From contig JBNRSN020000020.1 of assembly GCA_051313645.2 (NCBI GenBank), forward strand, positions 93,186,001 to 93,250,000: DNA of 64,000 nucleotides. Direction: 5' to 3'. Both the position numbers and the translations under genes were made by a program. Positions 36,740 through 46,230 of the stretch are shown here, in pieces. The notes under the pieces are model-generated. The model was given only the letters and a program-made list of their open reading frames with translations. It ran no database searches and had not been told where the DNA came from. Source of the DNA: Centroscyllium fabricii (Eukaryota). The first letter of the stretch is position 1. Every line of letters begins with the position of its first letter.

Positions 36740-38062
36740 GAAGTAAACATTGCAAGGAGCACCATCTGAGTGGCGGCAAAATGGAGGTGCTTACTTCTTA
36801 TATTTAAGTTTTAAGTGAACATATAACTAAATTTTAAAAACTAAACTTAATTTAATAAACTAAACGAGGTAAATAATTTGATTAACACTAAACTAATTAA
36901 TTAAATAAATAAGATAATCAGGAGATGTGTTGCTGCTGCAATATGTGGGAGATTGTGGACATTTTTGTCCAGGGCGACTACATCTGCGGTAAGTGTCTGC
37001 GACTCGAGGAACTTCGGCTCCGAGTTGAGGAGCTGGAGTCCGAGCTGCAGACATTGCGAGACATCAGGGAGGGAGAAAGTTACCTGGAGCTTTTGCTCCA
37101 GGAGGCAGCCACACCCCTTAGATTAAATACTTTAGAATTGACATGTGGTCAGGGACAGGAGGGTGTGACTGCGAGTGAGGCAGGTACGGGGATCCAGGAG
37201 GTAGTATTGCACAAGCCTCAGTCCCTGCACCTGTCCAATAGATTTGAGGCTCTTGCAACCCTTGTGGCCAAGTGCGGGGACTGCGGGGAGGACGAGCAAA
37301 CTGACCACGGCACCATGGTACAGGAAGCCGTTCAAGTGGGGGGAGTAAAAAGGAAGGTGGTTGTAGTAGGTGACAGTAGAATTAGGGGGTTAGACACTGT
37401 TCTCTGCAGCCAGGAGCGTGAGTCCCGAAGGCTATGTTGTCTGCCCAGTGCCGGGGTAAAGGATATCTCCTCCGGGCTGGAAACATAGAAACATAGAAGA
37501 TAGGAGCAGGAGTAGGCCATTCGGCCCTTCGAGCCTGCTCCGCCATTCAATGAGATCATGGCTGATCATCCAAACCCAGTACCCCACCTCTGCCCTCTCC
37601 CCATATCCCTCGATCCCTATCGAGCCTGCATCGACACCCTATCCCCGTAACCCCACATATTCAATCCCCCTAACACTAAGGGTCAATTTATCATGGCCAA
37701 TCAACCTAACCCGCACATCTTTGGACTGTGGGAGGAAACCGGAGCACCCGGAGGAAACCCACGCAGACACGGGGAGAATGTGCAAACTCCACACAGATAG
37801 TACCCGAGGCTGGATTTGAACCCGGGTCTCCAGCGCTGTGAGGCAGCAGCGCTAACCACTGTGCCACCGTGCCGAAGAATTTGGAGTGGGATGGGGAGGA
37901 TCCAGTTGTCGTGGTCCATGTAGGTACCAACGACATAGGTAGGACAAAGAAAGAGGTTCTGCTGAGAGAGTTTGAGCAGCGAGGGATTAAATTAAAAAGC
38001 AGAACCACAAAGGTCATAACCTCTGGATTATTACCGGAGCCACAAACAAATTGGCATAGGGT
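36740..38062 (+). mobile_element. CR1 LINE 5' region, ORF1 (zinc finger/leucine zipper + SGNH esterase-like), split by a SINE
   Basis: CCCCNMWE...YICGKCLRLEELRLRVEELESEL; VVVVGDS; CLPSA; VVVHVGTNDIG resumes after the SINE. Confidence 0.82.
37480..37875 (-). mobile_element. HE1-type V-SINE
   Basis: Same three-part structure; interrupts CR1 ORF1. Confidence 0.9.
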
Positions 38063-38186
38063 CGGTGGGAGGCGACGAAACAAAAAAAAACGCAAAGAGC
38101 GTTTCAGATTTTTTTTCAACCTATCTCGGCCACCTTGCCTTTAAGTATCGGCCCTGAAGCTCCCGGCATTCCAATCGACGCCTCCT

Positions 38187-38585
38187 GGGATCTCATTGAA
38201 ACGTATAAAATTCTGACAGGGCTAGACAGACTGGATGTAGGGAGGATGTTTCCCGTGGCTGGGGGATCGAGACCGAGGGGTCACAGTCTCAGGATACGGG
38301 GTAGGACATTTAGGACTGCGATGAGGAGAAATTTCTTCACTCAGAGGCTGGTGAACCTGTGGAATTCTCTACCACAGAAGGCTGTGGAGGCCAAGTCACT
38401 GAATATATTTAAGAAGGAGATCGATAGATTTCTAGAAACAAAAGGCATCAAGGGGTATGGGGAGAGAGCGGGAATATGGTATTGAGATCGAGGATCAGCC
38501 ATGATCGTATTGAATGGCGGAGCAGGCTCGACGGGCCGAATGGCCGACTCCTGCTCCTATTTTTCTATGTTCGATGTTTCTATTT
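38187..38585 (+). mobile_element. CR1 (HER1-like) LINE 3' end
   Basis: Highly similar to 6369-6755. Confidence 0.85.
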
Positions 38586-38684
38586 CCTACCACAGAGTTA
38601 GCACCTTCATTCAGGAGCTAACACAACAGCATGATGTAAACCCAGCCAGCATTTCCCTTCTGAGGAGCTGCATTCCGAAATAAT

Positions 38685-39510
38685 GGGGGGAATTTTCATG
38701 TCCCCGTGAGGCGGGGTTTTGGGCGGCCCGGCCGGCAAAATAGCGGAACCGGCGGGTCCCGCCGGATCCCCGCCGCTTTCTTATTTTCCCGCCCCCAGAT
38801 TCCCCGCCCCGAAACCTTCCCGCCGCCGACCGGCGGGGATGGGTTGTCACCTCGTTAAGGGCCCTTAATTGGCATCTTTAATGCCATTTTAAGGGCCCTC
38901 AGCCATTTTGCCGTGTTTTCCGCTCTAACCCCACCACCTTAAACCCCGCTGGGTGAAACCCAGCAGTAGCACAGCGCTGCTTATAACTTTTGCACGATAA
39001 CCTGGTGTTGTGTGAGTTCCTGAATTTATTACTTTCTCCTTTAAGGTCTGAAGGACATGCTGCCAAATGCTTGGCATGCCTCCAGCACTTTAGAGGAGAT
39101 AGAAACTCTGTTCTGCCTTCAGTATCAGCTCTGACCAGAAACTGAGCAATCTCAGTTCTCACAATGTCCTCACAGCTTGCACCGGCTGTGAGCGATTCGG
39201 AGCCCGCCCACCCGCCTGTCAGTCACCAGCACTTGGCCTTTCCAATTGGCTCCACTCCACTGTGATGTCACAGTGGAGTGTTGCCATGGGAACTGACAAC
39301 AACCAGTGCTGGAACTGTGAATCAAAGTGCTCGCAGCTCTGCTGCAGCCCGACTCGATTCACCTAATTACCTCACGCTGCCGCCGACGGGGATTTAACAA
39401 CCTCATTAACCTAAAATTGCGTGGGCTTCCCAGCTGTTTGGGTGGGCAGGACCGGATGCCACCCAGACGAATCCCCACCAGGTTCCCGCCCTTCCGGAAA
39501 AATTCCCCCC
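38685..39510. mobile_element. Harbinger-like MITE
   Basis: TIR GGGGGGAATTTTC / GAAAATTCCCCCC with AAT flanks. Confidence 0.65.
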
Positions 39511-39611
39511 AATAAATGAGTTTCACCCCTTATGACAAAATTATTAAAGAACATTTAATCTCTCACATGGAAGCAGTGCCAATCAAAACACCAGCAATGA
39601 GAACATTGTAC

Positions 39612-39723
39612 CTTGGCAATTTGGATCCTGAAGTTTGGTTTCGATTATCAATGGTATTTGTACCTGTGGAATGTGTAGTTGTTGGTGATACTGTTGAAAA
39701 ACCTTCACAAGAATATTCAGGTC
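39612..39723 (-). CDS. Receptor exon 4 (Ser/Thr-rich stalk)
   Basis: ccttgtttcaatag|GA...CCA AG|gtacaa; 112 nt, phase 1 to 2, matching the TM exon. Encodes GPEYSCEGFSTVSPTTTHSTGTNTIDNRNQTSGSKLP. Confidence 0.82.
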
Positions 39724-40265
39724 CTATTGAAACAAGGGAATAAAATTCAGATTCACCTCATTCTCACTTGTCGTCAACCAAGAGAGCACTATTGACAAAT
39801 AGAACCTCAGTACTTGAGTAAAAGCCTGGTTGATATAATGGATTTGGATGATTTAATTCCTGTGTAATTTCCCTCTCTGGTAACCAGGAGAGATGCTGCT
39901 GACCCCTGACGGTGGCCCATTTTTACTGATAATTTCTGTTTCTTTCCCATATCTGAGAGTTGGTGGCACAGAGTCACTATTGGGGCAGTTAAAGGGATCA
40001 GGTTGGTGGGACTACGAACCAGGTATCCCCATTTTTTCCCGTAAAGGGAAGTTCCAGCCAGCGAGCTGGCCTCTGCCACCACCGTAAAATGTATTTCTGG
40101 GGACCGAGCAAACAGAATTCTGTCCTGGAGAGAAGTCCTCAGTGGAAAAGGAACGGCTGCTGTGCATTGAGTGCAGAGGGAAATATTAGACCAGGAATCA
40201 CTGCTCTCGATATTAGTGGACAAGCAGTTAAAATTCAAAATGGTGTTTTTCTGTTAAAAGAATGT

Positions 40266-41265
40266 GGGCAAGAAATTCGGTGCCTGAGCAACTCCCGTTA
40301 GCGCCTGCGGTGGGCGATAACCGGGCGCTAAGGACTCTCCGCCCGGGTGTGGCGATGTTATGGTTGCCTGCGAAATTCACCTGCTGATTTACAGCGGTGT
40401 TAAACCGTAGCGCCACGATCTCCTGCGCAGGAGATCGTGATGTCATCCAACTGTGCATCACCCCGGTAACGCCCCGGACCCGAAAATCAATTCCACCTCC
40501 TGCAGCATCGCCGGGCGATGACACCGACAGCTGCAGGAGGCGTCGATCGGGATGCCGGGAGCTTCGGGGCCGATACTTAAAGGCGAGGTGGCCGAGGTAG
40601 TTTAAAAAAAAATCTGAAATGCTCTTTGCGTTTTTTTTTGTTTTATCGCCTCCCATCGATCAACCCGGCATTCTGCTGCATCGGGCTGAATGGGATGGAT
40701 AATGGCTGCCGTCGGCGACTAGGTACGTTTTCCTCTTGCAGAGCCCGCAGCGATGACCCTTCCCTTTAATGTGGAGGTGCCGGTGTTGGACTGGGGAGGA
40801 CAAATGCAAGAAGTCACACAACACCAGGTTATAGTCCAACAGTTTTATTTGAAATCAAAAGCTTTCGGAGCGCTGCTCCTTGTATACGTGCTGTCTTTAA
40901 ATGAACTTCTCTTTCACCTGAGGAAGGAGCAGCGCTCCGAAAGCTTGTGATTTCAAATAAAACTGTTGGACTATAACCTGGTGTTGGGTGACTTCTTGCA
41001 TTTGTCCTTTACTTTAAGGAAGGGCAGGAGCCTTCCAACGCGGCCGTGCTGCACGGCCCAGTGTACAGCGCCGCTCACCTACCGCCCCGCCCGCTGCCTG
41101 TTGCACTCCAGGAATGAAGTGGTGTGCTTGATTTAACGTCCCGCTTCCTTCCTGGGGCACAAAGCCACATTTTTTTTAAAGTTGAGAAAGATGAGCAGCT
41201 GCCGCTAATTTTCTCAACTTTTAAAAGTTAACGCCCCAAACGGGGCTATAACGAATTTCTCCCCC
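40266..41265. mobile_element. Harbinger-like MITE (paralog of 17146-18507) containing an inverted Penelope-like insert (40769-41007)
   Basis: Ends GGGCAAGAAATTCG / CGAATTTCTCCCCC; shared internal sequence GATACTTAAAGGCGAGGTGGCCGAGGTA. Confidence 0.72.
40914..40950 (+). ncRNA. Minimal type I hammerhead ribozyme motif (PLE-type)
   Basis: TCAC CTGAGGA A GGAGC AGC GCTCC GAAA GC TT GTGA, identical to 21510-21546. Confidence 0.72.
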
Positions 41266-41506
41266 TGCTTCTGTCAAAATAATCGACAGACGAATGTCGC
41301 GCGAAGACATTAAACAGTCGCCTGCTGATATTGGCAATGGTCATTTCCTGTCTCTTGGGCTGGGATTTCTGAGCTTGCGGTAGCGACGGCAAACAGCACA
41401 CACCGGCAGTGGGTATCACAGATCAGGGACTGGCTCACAAACTGTTTCAATAGACATTAATTAAAAAAATTAATTGACCATATTGTTTGTTCAAAGTAAC
41501 ACTTAC

Positions 41507-41830
41507 CAATGTCGCTGATTTGTGTCACATAACGGCAGGTCTTCCCTGCTCTGTTGAAGACTGACACGTTAACCATTCCACTGGATTTTTGTCCCTGAGT
41601 ATTTGAGGCTGTGCAGTAATATTGATGATGTTGCTGTTTGAAGGATTGACAATGTAGATCCAGTTTATTGGTGTCAGAGATCTTTGAATCTTCAGACGAG
41701 GTCTTTTCGTACCATGTGTACTGAATGGGAAGGGATCCCTGGACAGACTCACAGGAGACTGACACTGAGCCCCCAAAACATGAGGCATTTGGTGGCGATA
41801 AATATCTAAGTACAGGAACTGACACGGATT
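41507..41830 (-). CDS. Receptor exon 3 (IgC2-like domain)
   Basis: tttctttcccacag|AA...ATT G|gtaagt; 324 nt, phase 1/1. VSVSC...GSLPIQYTWY...YYCTASN pattern typical of FcR-like/CD2-type C2 domains. Confidence 0.92.
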
Positions 41831-42500
41831 CTGTGGGAAAGAAACAAACATTCAGATAATGACTGAACATCTAAAAATCAAATACTCTTTAATTTCCAGC
41901 ACTTGTGTATCACAGCCAGGGCCTGCCATGTTGGAATCTCACCGGCATCTCTACCTCTCCATGTCTCTCCACCCTCCGATCAGCCTGAACTACCATGTCT
42001 GCCATTATAGAAGAACATAGCAGGGCTCCCGATCCGGACAGCAGCCATGATTCTGAGGATGTGTCAACGTGAAAATCAGGGCTAACAATTTCTCTCAGTA
42101 ACAGGTAGCCGGCCTCCAATGCTGTTTGATTGTTTGACTCGCGAACATGAATTAGTTGGAGAGAGTCCCAGAAAACCACAGCCGAATATGAGGGCAAAAA
42201 ATTGGAAGATATCTGTTACATGTTTTGTGGCTTTAAATCACTTTTCTACTCACACTCCCAGATTCACTGTAAATTTAACAGGTGGTCCAGAACATGGAAA
42301 AGGGAGGAGGCCATTCAGCCCCTCGAACCTGTTCCGCCATTCAATTAGATCACAGCTGATCTGTATCTTAACTCCATCTACCCACCTTGGTTCCATCACC
42401 CTTAATAGCCTTGCCGAACAAAAATCTGTCAATTTCAGTCTTGACATTTTCAACTGACCCCCAGCCTCAACAGATTTCTGGGCTAGAGAGTTCCAGATTT

Positions 42501-42903
42501 CATAGAAACATAGAAGATAGGAGCAGGAGTAGGCCATTCGGCCCTTCGAGCCTGCTCCGCCATTCAATGAGATCATGGCTGATCATCCAAACCCAGTATC
42601 CCGCCCCCGCCCTCTCCCCATATCCCTCGATCCCGCTCGAGCCTGCACCGACACATATCCCACCCTATCCCCGCAACCCCACATATTCAATCCCCCTAAC
42701 ACTAAGGGTCAATTTATCCTGGCCAATCAACCTAACCCGCACATCGTTGGACTGTGGGAGGAAACCGGAGCACCCGGAGGAAACCCACGCAGACACGGGG
42801 AGAATGTGCAAACTCCACACAGATAGTACCCGAGGCTGGATTTGAACCCGGATCTCCAGTGCTGTGAGGCAACAGTGCTAACCACTATGCCACCGTGCCG
42901 CCC
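42501..42903 (-). mobile_element. HE1-type V-SINE (inserted in a CR1 3' fragment)
   Basis: Same three-part structure. Confidence 0.9.
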
Positions 42904-45675
42904 TTTGTGTGAAGAAGTGTTACCTGACATCACCCTCAAGATGTGCTTCAGTTGCCTTGACAGATCTGGAGGCACCCTTCAGTACTCACCATTCAGGGTC
43001 TCTAGAATGATCGTGGTTTGCTGCGCTCGGCACGACATTGCCCAGCAGCGAGATTGGAGCTACAGGAGGAACAAGGCGCCGAGCACACATTGTCCACGGA
43101 CGAATCCGAGAGGGAGGAGTGTGGTAACCGTATTACCACTTGTATATAGTTGCTTGTATAGTTGCGGGTGCATGGGCGGGACTTCTACACTGTGGGGTCA
43201 CTTATGTATAGATACTGTATGTAAGGCCAGGTCAGCCACACCTCTAACTCCTCCCCTCAGGTGGGAGCTTATAGGTAAGGTCTACCTTGCCCCCGTTCAT
43301 TCTCGCCTTGTGCTCGACTGGAGATTAGCTCCATTATAAAGTTAATAAAAGCCTGTAGTTAAGGTAACTACTCGTCTTTTGTATTATGGAGGATACGTCA
43401 ATTTTATTAACTTTATTTTTAAAATGGAGAGTAACGCAGTGAAACCGGACAGACTGGATATAAATCCACAAGAACCAGATGCTGCTAACAATTTCGAACA
43501 TTGGTACGGCCTAGTCGAGGCCTACATGAAGGCCGCAAAGGCAACGAGTGACGAGGACAAACTGCAGGTCCTCTCGTCAAGAATCAGCAGCCGGGTGTAC
43601 TCCTTCATCCGCGGCCTCACAACATACACGGAGGCGGTGAAAAAGTTGAAGGACTGCTACTTGCGCCCGGTCCACTCGGTCTATGCCAGACATGTCCTGG
43701 TGACCAGACAACAGCGACTCGGCGAGTCAAATGAACAATTCCTTTTGGCGCTTCAAGCCCTCGCACGGGCCTGCGACTGCCAGCGAAGAACGGCGCAGGA
43801 GGAGACGAATCTTATCGTACGGGACGCATACGTGGCTGGAATCAGGTCCAACCAGGCCTGCCAGCGGCTGCTGGAAAAGGACACTCTGTCACTGGAAGAG
43901 GCAATCTCGATTTCGAATGCGGTGGATGGAGCGCGCCGCAAGCTAGAGGCTTATGGCGGCCAGGGCCCACATGATAACCTCGATCCCTGGGCGCCACCAC
44001 GACGGGTCGAGACCCCATGATGGCAGCGGCAGCTGCGAAGACGCCGGCGGGGCGAAAGTGCTACTTCTGCGGCCAGGGACAACACCCGCGAGCGCAGTGC
44101 CCCACGAAGAGCGAGACCTGCGAGCAGTGCACCAAAAAGGGACACTACGCCAGAGCCTGCAAGTCGACCCCAGCGTCCAGCTCCAGACCCAACAGCGCGG
44201 CCTGTGAGAACTCCCAACGCCATCCCATGGCCTAAGGCAACATGTTGCAGCGCGACCCAGCAGCGGTCCGGGGGTAAATCGCGGGCGATTCAGTCCCCCA
44301 TATCTGTACGGCGGAGGCCGGCTGCGCGCGCGGCACAGGCGCCGCCACCCCAGAGGCGACAGCGGCCGGCCATGTGCGAACCACGGCCGCCGCCACCTCG
44401 TCCACCGCGGTCCGCCGTGTGCAAATCACGGGCACCGCCACCTCGTCCACCGCGGTCTGCCGCGTGCGAATCACGGGCGCCGCCATCTCATCCACCGCGG
44501 TCCGCCGCGTGCGAATCACGGGCGCCGCCATCTCATCCACCGCGGTCCGTCGCGTGCGAATCACGGGCGCCGCCATCTTGTCCACCGCGGTCAGCCGCGT
44601 GCGAACCACGGGCGCCGCCATTTTGTCCACAACAGCCAGACTCAAACGTGCTGCCAGCGCCGCCATCTTGTGAGCGGCCATCCTGCCAACTGCCCAGGCT
44701 GTTTTTTGAACATGGAGAGCAGCGCAGTAAAACCGGATCGCCTTGATATCAACCCTCAGGCGCCCGATGCTGCGAACAATTTCGAACATTGGTTTGGCTG
44801 TGTCGAGGCCTACATGAAGGCTGTGAAAGTGACCAGCAATGAGGACAAATTACAAGTACTGGCATCCAGGATCAGCGGCCGGGTGTATTCCTTCATCAGA
44901 GACATCAAGACCGATAAAGAAGCTGCCAAGAAGCTGAAGGACAGCTATATGTGCCCGGTCCACTCGGTTTACGCCAGACACATATTGGCGACCAGAAGGC
45001 AACAGCTGGGTGAGTCAAACGAAGAATTTTTGTTAGCGCTCCAAGCCCTCGTACGGGCCTGCGACTGCCAGGCAACGACGGCAGAGGAAGGGGCCAACCT
45101 CCTGGTCCGCGATGCGTCTGTAGCAGGACTCAGGTCCAGCCAGGCCCGACAACGGCTGCTGGAACAAGAGACTCTATCGCTCGAGTCCGCTATCACGCTG
45201 TCTAATGCGGTGGACGAAGCGCTCAAGCGTATGGACGCTTACAGGGACAATGACTCTCACGCAGGCCCACCTAACCTCTGGGCACCGCAGACAACAGCAG
45301 CGGCAGCTGCGAAGACGCCGGCGGGTTCCAAGTGCTACTTCTGCGGCCAGGCAAAACACCCGCGAGCGCTGTGCCCCGCGAGGAACGCGACCTGCGCATG
45401 GTGCGGGAAGAAGGGACATTTTGCGAAAGCTTGCAAATCCAGCCCGACCGCAAGACCCAACAGCGCGGCCTGTGAAGCCAACGATGCCACTCTGTGGCCA
45501 CAGGTACGGTGCTGCAGCGCGACCCAGCAGCGGTCAGCTGGGTGCAAATCGCAGGCGTCGCCATCCCCTTTAAAATCACAGCGGCAGCCAGCCGCGCGCG
45601 CGGCACAGGCGCCGCAATCGTCAGCGCGACCGCGGCCGGCCATGTGCGACCCACCAGCGCCACCATCTTCCACAC

Positions 45676-46230
45676 AGCGGTCAGCCGCGTGCAAACCACG
45701 GGCGCCGCCATCTTGCCCACAGCGGTCAGCCGCGTGCGAACCACGGGCGCCGCCATCTTGACCACAGCGGTCAGCCGCGTGCGAACCACGGGCGCCGCCA
45801 TCTTCCCCACAGCGGTCGGCCGCGTGCGAACCACAGGCGCCGCCATCTTGCCCACAGCGGTCAGCTGCGTGCGAACCACGGGCGCCGCCATCTTGCCCAC
45901 AGCGGTCAGCCGCATGCGAACCACGGGTGCGGCCATCTTGCCCACAGCGGTCAGCCACGTGCGAACCGCGGGCGCCGCCATCTTGACCACAGCGGTCAGC
46001 CGCGTGCGAACCACGGGTGCTGCCATCTTGCCCACAGCGGTCAGCCGCGTGCGAACCACAGGCGCCACCATCTTGCCCACAGCGGTCAGCCGCGTGTGAA
46101 CCGCGAGCGCCGCCATCTTGCCCACAGCGGTAAGCCGCATGTGATCCACGGGCGCCGCCATCTTTGCCGCGGCCGCCATGTTACCCTCGGCGGTCAGCCG
46201 CGTGCGAATCACGGGCGCCGCCATCTTTGC
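45676..46230 (+). repeat. 45-bp tandem repeat (about 12 units) in the gag-protease linker
   Basis: Unit CAGCGGTCAGCCGCGTGCGAACCACGGGCGCCGCCATCTTGCCCA (QRSAACEPRAPPSCP). Shorter arrays at about 44370-44625 and 10140-10410. Confidence 0.9.

Noticed and set aside
42387-42845. Recurrent ORFs such as MRSWLIIQTQ.../MISLNGGAGSKGR...
   Set aside because: Translations of SINE and CR1 tails, repeated at every copy.
45676-46230. CRISPR-like array
   Set aside because: Head-to-tail 45-bp units with no unique spacers, inside a eukaryotic Gypsy gag; no cas genes.
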